This document shows, one piece after another, positions 28,474-37,745 of a DNA stretch of 64,000 bases. The notes under the pieces are model-generated. The model made no database searches and was not told where the DNA came from. It worked only from the letters and a program-made list of their open reading frames with translations. The position numbers and the translations under genes were made by a program. The stretch lies in NCBI GenBank assembly GCA_049515535.1, contig JBEKTZ010000009.1, positions 62,001 through 126,000 on the forward strand. Reading direction: 5' to 3'. Source of the stretch: Candidatus Aminicenantales bacterium (lineage in GTDB: Bacteria; Acidobacteriota; Aminicenantia; Aminicenantales; UBA4085). Each line of letters starts with the position of its first letter. Position 1 is the first letter of the stretch.

Positions 28474-29907
28474 CTAGCGCTCGAGCGTGACGTCTTCTTT
28501 GTAATCCACGGATATCTTGGCCCCCGGCTTGGGCTTGAGGAGGTCCACCACTCGGAGGAAGGTCTTATTGCGCTTCTTCCATAACCGGTTCAGGTTCCGG
28601 GCATAATGAGCGACGCCCAAGCCGATCCACTGGCCGTGTAAGAGTTTCTGGGCCATCTGTTTGAGCGAATAGAACTTTTTGTGGCAGATCATCTGCGCTT
28701 TTTGCAGGTCGAAAAGGGAAAAGCGGGCTGGCTGGAAGACGACATGGTGGGCGTCGTAAAGCGTCCAATCGTGGAATCGGATCCGGTTTTCGCTGGTTAT
28801 TTTGTCGTAGAACTCGGATCCCGGCAGCGGCGTCAGGATGAGGAATTGGGTCGAGGTCAGCCGGGATTTTATGGCGAACTTGAGGGTTCGCTTGACCGTT
28901 TTCCAATCGTCCTGATCGAAGCCCAGGACGAACATGCCGTGGATATGGATTCGATGCCGGCGCAAGACCTTGACCGCGTCGGTAATTTCGGCCACGGTCT
29001 GATTTTTCTTCATGCCCTCGAGGCTTTGGGGATTGACCGACTCGAAGCCGATATAGAGCGTGTGGCAGCCTGCTTTTTTCATGAGCCGGACGAGTTCAGG
29101 ATCGCGGGCCACGTCGGCCCGCACCTGGGTCGTCCATTTGAACTTGAACCGTTCGCGGATCATGGCCTCGCAAAGGTCCTTGGCCCGCTGCCGATTGGCC
29201 GCGAAATTGTCGTCATAGAAAAAGATGGAGTTTTTCCGATTGTCGTAGCGGCGCAGCTCCTCGATGATGTTCTCCGTCGAGCGGAAGCGGTATTTTTTAC
29301 CGAACATCCCGGTCACAGAGCAGAATGAACAGTCGAACGGGCAGCCCCTCGAGGTCTGGACGGGGATGGAGGACATCGCCGCGCGGCGACGACGGGTGGA
29401 CACCAGGAGAGAGAAATCCGGGAAAGGAATCCGATCCAGGTCCGCCGCCAGGGGGAGCATCTCATGGTGGACGGCCCGGCCGTCTTTTTTGTAGGACAGA
29501 TTGGGAATTTCCGAATAATCCCCGCCCTTCTCCCACGCATCGATAAAGGCCATCAGCGGCCGTTCTCCTTCGCCGCGAATGACGAAGTCGGCGTGTTCCA
29601 GCGCCTCATCGGCCAGATATGTGACATGGGGACCTCCCATGAGGACCGGAATTCCCATGGCCCGGACCCTATCGGCGATGGCATAGGCGCGCGGCGCCGT
29701 GGACGTGATCGTGGAGATGCCGACGAGGTCGGCCGTCGCGATCGTGTCGAAATCAAGTTTGCGGAAATCCTCGACGTAGACGTCGGTTTCCCAATTCCGG
29801 GCCTTCATCATCGTGCCCAGGATGAGTGTTCCCAGGCGCGGAAGGGGGAACTGGGAAAAGATATGGAGGTTCGGGGCCTGGGGCTCGATTAAGATCATTT
29901 TAGGCAT
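28474..29907 (-). CDS. B12-binding domain radical SAM protein
   Basis: LVGIS/MGGPHVT cobalamin-binding domain; SRGCPFDCSFC; FYDDNF; IGFES. Confidence 0.88.
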   Translation of the reverse strand: MPKMILIEPQAPNLHIFSQFPLPRLGTLILGTMMKARNWETDVYVEDFRKLDFDTIATADLVGISTITSTAPRAYAIADRVRAMGIPVLMGGPHVTYLADEALEHADFVIRGEGERPLMAFIDAWEKGGDYSEIPNLSYKKDGRAVHHEMLPLAADLDRIPFPDFSLLVSTRRRRAAMSSIPVQTSRGCPFDCSFCSVTGMFGKKYRFRSTENIIEELRRYDNRKNSIFFYDDNFAANRQRAKDLCEAMIRERFKFKWTTQVRADVARDPELVRLMKKAGCHTLYIGFESVNPQSLEGMKKNQTVAEITDAVKVLRRHRIHIHGMFVLGFDQDDWKTVKRTLKFAIKSRLTSTQFLILTPLPGSEFYDKITSENRIRFHDWTLYDAHHVVFQPARFSLFDLQKAQMICHKKFYSLKQMAQKLLHGQWIGLGVAHYARNLNRLWKKRNKTFLRVVDLLKPKPGAKISVDYKEDVTLER

Positions 29908-30622
29908 TGGCTTTTCCTTTCGCCGGTCCCGGTCTTTTCCGGTTTTTGTCCATGAGGTTCAGGATCTCTTTCCTTTTTTTCTTGAGGAGGTCTTCCCAGC
30001 GCACGATCCCGGCTTTCAGGAGCTTCATTTTCTCGCTGAGCGCCTGGATTTCCCGGAGCATGGCCTCGAACTTAGCCTCGATGTCGGCTTGGGGAAAGGC
30101 CTCGAGATCCGCCTGGATGGCCAGGAAGTCGCGGACATGATCCGAGACGGACTTGATATCTTCGAGGGCATATCCGAAGAGTTGAAGATCCAAAATGAGC
30201 TTACACAGGAAAACGTACGCCTCGGAATAGAGCCGGAATCCTCCCTCGGTCCGCATATCGGGCTCGATGATGCCTTTGTCCTCCCAGTGTTTGATCGTTC
30301 TCGGGCTGACCCCCGATCTTTCGGCCAAATCGCCCACCGTGAGATACCGGTCCTTTTCCGCCGGCTTTTTTTTGCCGGACCTCTCCTGGGGAAGACCGAC
30401 TTTCTTGACGATCTTTAAGATCTCCTCCGGTCCGTAGCCCAGATCGTAGAGCTTCTGGATATAGGCCGCCCGAGCTACGGCGTCCAGAGAGAAAAGAGGA
30501 GCCTGGTCCTCGGCATAGCCGCACGGACGGATCAATTTCCATTTCGTCCATTCGGCGAGAGTCTCCCTGGAAATCGCGGCTTTTTGAAGGAATTCGTTCC
30601 CAGTGAAAACGTCTTTGTTCAT
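29900..30622 (-). CDS. MerR-family regulator with two HTH domains
   Basis: Degenerate N-terminal MerR HTH plus LTVGDLAERSGVSPRTIKHWEDKGII..RTEGGFRLY and a coiled coil; overlaps the radical SAM start. Confidence 0.85.
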   Translation of the reverse strand: MNKDVFTGNEFLQKAAISRETLAEWTKWKLIRPCGYAEDQAPLFSLDAVARAAYIQKLYDLGYGPEEILKIVKKVGLPQERSGKKKPAEKDRYLTVGDLAERSGVSPRTIKHWEDKGIIEPDMRTEGGFRLYSEAYVFLCKLILDLQLFGYALEDIKSVSDHVRDFLAIQADLEAFPQADIEAKFEAMLREIQALSEKMKLLKAGIVRWEDLLKKKRKEILNLMDKNRKRPGPAKGKANA

Positions 30623-30676
30623 TATATACCTTCACGTTCAATTATATTTATTATTATTATATTGTGCACGTATAGG

Positions 30677-30705
30677 AATATATTTAAGAAAAGGCTTCTT
30701 GTCAA
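30677..30705 (-). promoter_or_regulatory. sigma70-type promoter of the merR-radical SAM operon
   Basis: Minus strand TTGACA-N17-TATATT. Confidence 0.5.
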
Positions 30706-30860
30706 GGATAATTTACCGGAGAGCGGGAGAAGACATTTACGCAATTAAAGGGGGACAAATAAGGAGGGGGGGAGGGCAAGAGCAAAAAGAACTCGGCTTC
30801 ATGCGTCTCGCCTCCCCACTGAAAGGAAGAGAGTAGAAAGAGTGTCTATGTCTAAAATTA

Positions 30861-30877
30861 TGCATCTTTTATGCCAA
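30861..30877 (-). promoter_or_regulatory. sigma54 -24/-12 promoter
   Basis: Minus strand TTGGCATAAAAGATGCA; palindrome CGTAAA-N5-TTTACA at 30946-30962 upstream. Confidence 0.6.
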
Positions 30878-31147
30878 ATTTAATGCTTCTGAAAAACCGA
30901 AATCAGGCGGGGAAACGGAAAAAGATCGCGCCCGGATCCGGCCGACGTAAATTCGCTTTACATCCTTTAGCCGTATCGATGGGGATCATCATAAAAAAAA
31001 CGGGCAGGAGAGAGCCCTCACCTCATTAGGCTCCCCTATTAATTAAGACCCTAAAATCGGGATTTTTTTCCCGCTCCTTCCTTAAATAATTGAAAAAAAA
31101 CCCGTTTTCCAATATATTTGGGGGCAACAAGAAAGGCCGCAGGAATA

Positions 31148-31753
31148 ATGGAACTCTCCGAGCTCATCAAAACCCGGCGCTTCTTGGAGGAAATCTCCAA
31201 TTCCGTCCATGTCGCCATCTACAGGCGATGTCCAGCCCTCAGCCCCGGCGAACGCGAGGACCTCGTGCAGGAGGTCCTGCTCAAAATCTGGAAAATGGCC
31301 GATCATGGGAAGAAAATCGTTCATTTGCAGTCTTACTTATGGAAGATAGTCTACACGACGGCCCTGGACATCATGGAAGAGAGAATGAAGGAGATCTCCC
31401 TGGAAGAGGTTATGGAATCTTCCTCATCCTTCACGGCCTTGACGGACGAGCTCACGGACTTCGCAGCGTCAATGGAAAGGGAAGATCTCAGGCGGCATCT
31501 CGAAACCGTCATCGATTCCCTTCCGGAAAACCGGCGGACCGTCCTCAAGCTCCATCTCACGGGGATGGACCTGGACGAGACGGCCGAGTTTCTTCGATGG
31601 ACGCATCACAAGGTCAGGCATCTCTTTTACCGAGGTCTCGCCGATCTCAGGAAACGATTACAGGATGGGACGTCATCCCATCAGAAGGAAGCGAAACTTT
31701 ATGCCGGGGGAACCCATGCCGGATCGAAACTTTTCAAGAAAACCGTGTCCTGA
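31148..31753 (+). CDS. ECF sigma-70 factor
   Basis: REDLVQEVLLKIW, SYLWKIVYTTALD (region 2); LPENRRTVLKL...ETAEFL...VRHLFYRGL (region 4). Confidence 0.85.
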   Translation: MELSELIKTRRFLEEISNSVHVAIYRRCPALSPGEREDLVQEVLLKIWKMADHGKKIVHLQSYLWKIVYTTALDIMEERMKEISLEEVMESSSSFTALTDELTDFAASMEREDLRRHLETVIDSLPENRRTVLKLHLTGMDLDETAEFLRWTHHKVRHLFYRGLADLRKRLQDGTSSHQKEAKLYAGGTHAGSKLFKKTVS

Positions 31754-32384
31754 AAATTCCGTTTTCGAACGGGTCTTTCTCGGCGAAACGGATCATCGGG
31801 AGACGGAACGGTTTCTCGACCATATCCTCGACTGCCGCGTCTGCAAGGCCAAATTCGAGATATTGAAAGACATCGACCGTGAAATCCACGAGAACGAATC
31901 CGGCTGGATGAAGCTGGCCGAGGAGAGCCTCGAGGAGTTGAAGGCCGCGGACATCCGCCCCCTGCCCGCGCTCAGGTCGGGCGGAAGGGCGGCTCCCATC
32001 CGCCGCCGGGCGGCGGTTTTGTCAGCGGCCGTCTTTATCGCCGCGGGCTATTATCTCATTTTCTCGCCCTTGAAGAGCGCCGTCCCGCAGAGCGAAAGAA
32101 ACAGCCATTTACGGCTGCTCGAACCCGGAGGACTGCTCAAGAAACCGCCGACCGTCTTCAAATGGACTCAAGTCAAGAACGCCGGCAGCTATGTTTTGAG
32201 CTTGATCGACAATGACCTTCGGACGATCGCCCAATCCAATATCAAAGCTCGCGTCCGCTACGAGGCATCGCCTCAACTCCAGGAAAAACTGCAGCGGGGG
32301 AAAATCTATATTTGGTCGATCGAAGCGTACGACGACGACGGAATAAAAATCGGATCCGCCCAGCGGTCTTTCGAAATCGAATAG
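31701..32384 (+). CDS. putative anti-sigma factor (HxxxCxxC zinc motif, TM helix, extracytoplasmic beta domain)
   Basis: HILDCRVC; hydrophobic AAVLSAAVFIAAGYYLIF; overlaps the sigma gene; start 31701 or 31716. Confidence 0.7.
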   Translation: MPGEPMPDRNFSRKPCPENSVFERVFLGETDHRETERFLDHILDCRVCKAKFEILKDIDREIHENESGWMKLAEESLEELKAADIRPLPALRSGGRAAPIRRRAAVLSAAVFIAAGYYLIFSPLKSAVPQSERNSHLRLLEPGGLLKKPPTVFKWTQVKNAGSYVLSLIDNDLRTIAQSNIKARVRYEASPQLQEKLQRGKIYIWSIEAYDDDGIKIGSAQRSFEIE

Positions 32385-32561
32385 CCGCGCATTCCCGGGC
32401 CGACGGGAAAGGCCGTTATGGCCGGGGACATGCGCGATTCTCCCCTCTCCATTTTATCTTTTTTCCGGGCCTTGTTAAGAGCGGGGGCTCCCGAAAAAGG
32501 CAGCCGGCTCTCTATCCCTGTATCCGTCAATCTGCCCGATCCGCTCAACAGGAAGGAGCGC

Positions 32562-32948
32562 TCAAACGCGTTTTTCGGCTTGGTCCCGCGCGGAGAGGAG
32601 GTAATCGATGGACCTGCTCAGCGCCGTCAAATCGAGAGGTTTCGCGAAGAAGTGGCTGATGGAGAGCCGGCTCAAAAGATCGGGCTCGATCATATCGGGA
32701 TGGGCGGAAATCAAAATGACATCGCCCCGATAGCCGCTTTTGCGTAATTCGGTAACGAGCTCGACCCCGTTCATCAACGGCAGTTTGTAATCCGCGATGA
32801 TGAGATCGATGTCGGCCTTCTTGAAACGAGCCAACACTTCCCGGCCGTCCTTGGCCAGATAGACGCGGTAATGATTATTCAAGACCAGGAAAAACGTCTT
32901 ACGGATATTTTCATCGTCATCGACAACCACGATTTTCTTGCCCAGCAT
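32562..32948 (-). CDS. single-domain response regulator (receiver)
   Basis: VVVDDDE, IIADYKLP..NG, ISA, FAKP; GAAAGGA RBS. Confidence 0.85.
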   Translation of the reverse strand: MLGKKIVVVDDDENIRKTFFLVLNNHYRVYLAKDGREVLARFKKADIDLIIADYKLPLMNGVELVTELRKSGYRGDVILISAHPDMIEPDLLSRLSISHFFAKPLDLTALSRSIDYLLSARDQAEKRV

Positions 32949-32977
32949 ATTCATTCCTTTCTTCACACTCAGAAAGA

Positions 32978-32994
32978 AGCATTTTTTGTGCCAA
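32978..32994 (-). promoter_or_regulatory. sigma54 -24/-12 promoter
   Basis: Minus strand TTGGCACAAAAAATGCT just upstream of the receiver gene. Confidence 0.65.
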
Positions 32995-33134
32995 CTTATA
33001 AAGAATAACCGCTCGGAGATTACAGGCAGAGAAACAAGGCCGGCGCCTGCCGGAGCCAAAGATATTTACAAGGTCATGTAAAATACGACGAGGACACCTC
33101 ATGTGTCCTGAAAAAGTGACGCGGCCCCCTATTT

Positions 33135-34469
33135 TCAGACTTCCAGACCGAAATCCTTGATCTTCTTGTCCAGCGTGGGACGGCTGATCTTCAGGACCTG
33201 GCTGGCCCGGGTTTTGCTTCCCTTGACCGCGGTCAGGACATACTGGATATACTCTTTCTCGACTTCATCGAGCGCGACGAGATCCCGGGAAAACGACTTG
33301 CGATCCTCGATTTCCAACGGCAGATTTTCCTTGAGGACGACGTCCCCTTTGGCCAGGATCACGGCCCTGGTCAAGGCGTTTTCGAGCTCGCGGACATTAC
33401 CTTTCCAGGAAAGGTCCGTCAAGATCTTCATGACGTCCGGCGGGATCTTGCGCACGTTCCTTCGCAGATCGCGGTTGATCTTCTCGATCAAGTAGCCGAC
33501 AAGCTCGGGGATGTCCTCTTTCCGCTCGCGGAGCGACGGCAGATGGATCTCCACGACCTTGAGCCGGTAGTAAAGGTCCTCGCGGAACCTGCCGTTCTCG
33601 ATGAGCGTCCGGAGGCTCTGGTTCGTCGCGGCGATGATCCGGGCTTCGGTCTTGAGGACTTTCTCTCCGCCCACTTTCATGAAATCGCGCGTCTCGATGA
33701 CCCGGAGGAGTTTCGACTGGAGATTGGGCGAGATGTCGCCGATCTCGTCGAGGAACAGCGTTCCTTTTCCCGCGATTTCGAATTTCCCTTTGGTCTCGCT
33801 TACGGCGTCCGTGAAGGCGCCCTTGACGTGGCCGAAGAGCTCGCTTTCGAGCAGCGTGTCCGAGATGGCCGAGCAGTTGATGACGATGAACGGTTCGTCG
33901 CAATACGGGCTGTTGTAGTGGATCGCCTTGGCCACCAGCTCCTTGCCCGTTCCGCTTTCCCCTTGGATGAGAACGTTGGCCCGGGTATTGGCCACGGAGC
34001 CGATGAGTTTGAACACCTCCCGCATCGGAGAGGAATGGCCGATGATGTTGTCGATGGTATATTCTTTCTGTTTCTCCTCGACCAGGTAGTTCACTTTCTC
34101 TTCGAGGGCTTTGACCTGGAACGCCTTTTCGACGGTCAGGTCCAGGGCCACGTAATCGAGCGGCTTGACCAGATACTCGAACGCCCCGAGCTTGATGGCC
34201 TCGACCGTCGTTTTCATGTCGTCGTACGCCGTCATGATGAGCACGGCGGCCCGGTGCGGCCGGCCCTTCATTCGGCGCAAAACCTCGAGCCCGTCCGTGT
34301 CGGGCAGCCGGATGTCCAGGAGGACGAGATCAGGGGTCATATCCGCGTATTTCCTCAATCCGGTCTCGCCGTCTTCGGCCGCCTGGACATCAAAACCCTG
34401 TTTGGCCAGATGGGAGGCTATGGTCTTGCGGATGAGAGCGTCGTCGTCGATGATCAGGATGGATTTCAT
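33135..34469 (-). CDS. sigma54-dependent NtrC/AtoC-family response regulator
   Basis: Receiver domain, GESGTGKE, ESELFGH.KGAFTDA, LFLDEIG, WKGNVREL, Fis-type HTH. Confidence 0.93.
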   Translation of the reverse strand: MKSILIIDDDALIRKTIASHLAKQGFDVQAAEDGETGLRKYADMTPDLVLLDIRLPDTDGLEVLRRMKGRPHRAAVLIMTAYDDMKTTVEAIKLGAFEYLVKPLDYVALDLTVEKAFQVKALEEKVNYLVEEKQKEYTIDNIIGHSSPMREVFKLIGSVANTRANVLIQGESGTGKELVAKAIHYNSPYCDEPFIVINCSAISDTLLESELFGHVKGAFTDAVSETKGKFEIAGKGTLFLDEIGDISPNLQSKLLRVIETRDFMKVGGEKVLKTEARIIAATNQSLRTLIENGRFREDLYYRLKVVEIHLPSLRERKEDIPELVGYLIEKINRDLRRNVRKIPPDVMKILTDLSWKGNVRELENALTRAVILAKGDVVLKENLPLEIEDRKSFSRDLVALDEVEKEYIQYVLTAVKGSKTRASQVLKISRPTLDKKIKDFGLEV

Positions 34470-35923
34470 GGTTCTCCCTCGTACGGAATGAGGATCTCGA
34501 AGGCCGTCCCCGGATTTTTCTTCTTGATGACGCGGATCGCGCCCTTGTGTTGCTCGATGATCTTCCGGGCATTGGCCAGCCCCAGCCCGAAACCCGATGG
34601 TTTCGTGGTGAAAAAGGGCTCGAAAATATTGTCCCAGTCCTTGTCCGGAATGCCGCAGCCGTTGTCGGAAATCCGGACACGGATTTTCTTGCGCCGGCCG
34701 TCGCCGGCCAACCCGACCGCAAGGGTGATCTTCCCGCCGTCGTCCATGGCTTCGCAGGCGTTGCTGAGGACATTGAGAAAGACCTGCCGCATCTTGTCGC
34801 CGTCGACGAGGACATCCGGAAGGTTTCCGTCGATTTTCCTTTCGACGGTAATCTTTTTCTGCCGGAAACAGTCCTCCACCTGCTTGATCGACGCATCGAG
34901 GATTTGGGACATGGGAAACCGGGCGATCTGCAGCCCGGAGACACGCGTGAAATTCAAAAGCTCCTTGATGAACTTCTCGATCTGCCCAATGCCCTCCTGG
35001 GTGATGGCCAAATGTTCCCGGTCCAGGGGCCCGAGACGGCCGTCCTCTAAGACTTTTTGGATATTGAGCTTGACCGAGGTCAAGGGATTCCGGATCTCGT
35101 GGGCGATCGTGGCCGAAAGCTTGCCGATCGAAGCCAGCTTTTCCGCCTGGATGAGCTTTTTGTGCGCGTCTTCCATCTGTTCCCGCGCCGCCAGCAGCCG
35201 GGCGCTCATCTCATTGAAGCTTTGGGCCAGGTTGCCGATCTCGTCCCGGGAATCGACCTGGATCTTGTGCGTGAAATCGCCTTTGGAGACACGGATGGTC
35301 CCGTCCATGAGGATTTTGATCGGCTGGGCGATCCGGCGGGCGAGAAGCGTCGCTCCGATCGTTCCAAGAAATAAGCCGGCAACGCCGATCAGGATCAGGA
35401 CGAGCCGCGTTCTCCGGATCTCGGCCCGCATATCCTCCAGGGACAGCCCGATCTTGACCGAGCCCCATTTGGCCTGAGATCCCCTGGCGAAGATGGGAAT
35501 TTCGATCTCCAGAACCCTCTGGATCTTTTTGGCCAGAAAAACGTCCTTGGTCTGGACGTCCCTGCTGTCCGGACGGTCCTGGCCCTGCAACCGGCTGCAG
35601 CAAAAAAGCTCCTTCCGGTCGGCGATCTCCTGGTTATAGGCGATCGGCGTGGCGGAGCGATCGAAGAAAACGACGTAGAGCAGTTTTTCGTCGACCTGTT
35701 CTTTGATGCTCGTCTGGATGTCTTCGATCGTGTAGTTGATGACGGAGCGCAGGTTGAGATCGGCCATGTTCTTGGCCATCAAAATCCCTTTGTTCGTCGA
35801 TTCCTGGGAAATCGTGTTGACTTCTTTTTTCTCGATCACAAGGAGGATCGCGCCGACGAGAAAGACCAGGAGGACCGTGAACCAGATCATGAATCTCGTA
35901 TGAAGGGAGATTCTCAGTTTCAC
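34466..35923 (-). CDS. HAMP-domain sensor histidine kinase
   Basis: Two TM helices, HAMP (DEIGNLAQSFNEM), IAHEIRNPL, DNGCGI, FFTTKPSGFGLGL. Confidence 0.92.
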   Translation of the reverse strand: MKLRISLHTRFMIWFTVLLVFLVGAILLVIEKKEVNTISQESTNKGILMAKNMADLNLRSVINYTIEDIQTSIKEQVDEKLLYVVFFDRSATPIAYNQEIADRKELFCCSRLQGQDRPDSRDVQTKDVFLAKKIQRVLEIEIPIFARGSQAKWGSVKIGLSLEDMRAEIRRTRLVLILIGVAGLFLGTIGATLLARRIAQPIKILMDGTIRVSKGDFTHKIQVDSRDEIGNLAQSFNEMSARLLAAREQMEDAHKKLIQAEKLASIGKLSATIAHEIRNPLTSVKLNIQKVLEDGRLGPLDREHLAITQEGIGQIEKFIKELLNFTRVSGLQIARFPMSQILDASIKQVEDCFRQKKITVERKIDGNLPDVLVDGDKMRQVFLNVLSNACEAMDDGGKITLAVGLAGDGRRKKIRVRISDNGCGIPDKDWDNIFEPFFTTKPSGFGLGLANARKIIEQHKGAIRVIKKKNPGTAFEILIPYEGEP

Positions 35924-37563
35924 TGTTGCGGCTCTTTATTGTCCAGCCAGATTTCCTTGGCGTTCAGATAAGAAATCCCCCAGGACGGCATCTTGGCGCC
36001 CCGGACGTACGGCTGAAGGGCAATCCTCTGGACGTTCGTGAAAAGCGGGATCGCCGGCATCTCGTCCACGAGGATCCGTTCCATCCGGCGAAAAAGCGCG
36101 GTCCGCCGGTCCCAGCTCCGCTCCCGCTCCGCTTCTTCCAGCAGCGCGTCCAGTTGGGGACTGACGTATTTATGATTGCCGAGGTTGATTTCGGACCGCG
36201 ATTGGAACAAGGGCAGGATGATGCTTTCGGGATCGGGAAAATCCATCGACCAATCCACCTTCATCAAGAACGGCCGGCGGGCGTCTTTGACATCACGCAG
36301 CGTCTGATAATATTTCACGGTCAGGGCGATCCCCAGCTTGTCCAACTGTTTCTCCAATTCAGCGGCGAATTTGAGATGGCCGTCGCTCCGGGGCACGGGG
36401 CCGGGCGCGGGAAGGAACAGCACGAGCTCGGGAAATTTCTTGTCCGTGAAAAAGCCCTGCTCATTCAGGACCTGCCAGGCCTTATCGGGATTGTAATTGT
36501 AGGCATCGTCCAAAGGGAAAAAGCCCGGCCACTGGGGCGGGATGTAATTATTGGTCGTCCGCCGGATGAATTCCCCGGCCTGAACGGCCAGGGCCAGCTT
36601 CTCCCGGTCGATCGCGTAAGCCAGGGCTTTCCGGATGGACGGCCTGTCCAACGGCGGGATCTGACAGCTCATCATCAAGAACGAGATGTTCTGGGGCCCT
36701 CCATCTTTGACCTGACAGCCCGCGCGCGCCAGCCGTTCCGAAAGGAAAGGCATGACCTCGATCTCCTTGTCGACGAAATGGTCCTCGGTATAAGACGGGC
36801 TGAATTCCACGGCCTCGAGATAAGCCTTTTTATCGAAGTAGGCCTCGTTCCGCTCAAGGCGGACGCCCAGGATATCCAGTTTCGGGCTGCGGACCCAGGA
36901 ATCGAATTTAAAAGCGCCCGTGCCGACCGGATTCAAGAAAAAGTTTTTCCCTTGGGATATGACCAGGTCGCGGGGAAGGACCTTGCAATAACTCATGCCG
37001 AGAAGAGAGAGGGCCGCGGCGAAAGGGTTCCGCCACTCGATCTCGAAAACGTATTTATCGGGAGTCCGGAAGCCGGAGACATCGGCGGCTTTGCCCTCCC
37101 AGAATTCCTGGGCCCCGACCACTTTCGCCGTGAAATATTCGCGGTACGGCGACTGGGTCTCTTTGGCGATCAGACGTTCGAAGGAAAATTTCACGTCTTG
37201 GGACGTCACCTCTTTTCCGTCGTGGAATCTGACGCCGCGGCGCAAATAAAAAACGTGCTTTTTCCCGTCCTCGCTGGGAATCCAGTATTCGGCCAAAGCC
37301 GGGGCCGGAATGAGATCGTCGCCGAGCTTGACCAGGCCGTCGAATATCTGCTCGGTGACGAAGGCGCAAACCCCGGAGGCGGGATCGAAATTGGGTTTGA
37401 ATGCGTCGGAAAAATCCCGCACATGAAGAGTCCCGCCCAGCTTGGGAACGTCCTGGGAAGGTTTGAGGGCCAAATCCGCCCGGGACGCGGCAAGAAAAAC
37501 GATCACAAATAAGAAAGCCGTGAAAAAAATCCGTTTTCGACTGATCATTCTCTTAAAATTCAT
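35920..37563 (-). CDS. family 5 (peptide/nickel) ABC-type solute-binding protein
   Basis: GGTL, IFDGLV, PALAE.W, LRRGVRFHDG..VT..DVKFSFER, PVGTGAF; overlaps the kinase start. Confidence 0.85.
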   Translation of the reverse strand: MNFKRMISRKRIFFTAFLFVIVFLAASRADLALKPSQDVPKLGGTLHVRDFSDAFKPNFDPASGVCAFVTEQIFDGLVKLGDDLIPAPALAEYWIPSEDGKKHVFYLRRGVRFHDGKEVTSQDVKFSFERLIAKETQSPYREYFTAKVVGAQEFWEGKAADVSGFRTPDKYVFEIEWRNPFAAALSLLGMSYCKVLPRDLVISQGKNFFLNPVGTGAFKFDSWVRSPKLDILGVRLERNEAYFDKKAYLEAVEFSPSYTEDHFVDKEIEVMPFLSERLARAGCQVKDGGPQNISFLMMSCQIPPLDRPSIRKALAYAIDREKLALAVQAGEFIRRTTNNYIPPQWPGFFPLDDAYNYNPDKAWQVLNEQGFFTDKKFPELVLFLPAPGPVPRSDGHLKFAAELEKQLDKLGIALTVKYYQTLRDVKDARRPFLMKVDWSMDFPDPESIILPLFQSRSEINLGNHKYVSPQLDALLEEAERERSWDRRTALFRRMERILVDEMPAIPLFTNVQRIALQPYVRGAKMPSWGISYLNAKEIWLDNKEPQQ

Positions 37564-37608
37564 TATAAGGCAACGACGGCTTTAACAAAAGATCCCGGTC
37601 TTTTTAGG

Positions 37609-37625
37609 AGCAATCTTTATGCCAG
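37609..37625 (-). promoter_or_regulatory. sigma54 -24/-12 promoter
   Basis: Minus strand CTGGCATAAAGATTGCT. Confidence 0.7.
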
Positions 37626-37696
37626 TTAAAATTTAGTTTTTCATATTATTATCAATAAGATAAAAGAAAGAATCGTCTGAAATACGAGAAAGGTCC

Positions 37697-37713
37697 TGTA
37701 AATTTATTTTACA
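37697..37713. promoter_or_regulatory. putative enhancer (bEBP binding) palindrome
   Basis: TGTAAA-N5-TTTACA about 74 bp upstream of the -24 element; second copy at 30946-30962. Confidence 0.5.
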
Positions 37714-37745
37714 TTATGATCATTCTCAGAATTTGCGGCATCATA

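Noticed and set aside
30623..30900. Cobalamin riboswitch ahead of the B12 radical SAM operon
   Set aside because: No B12-box-like conserved sequence was recognised.
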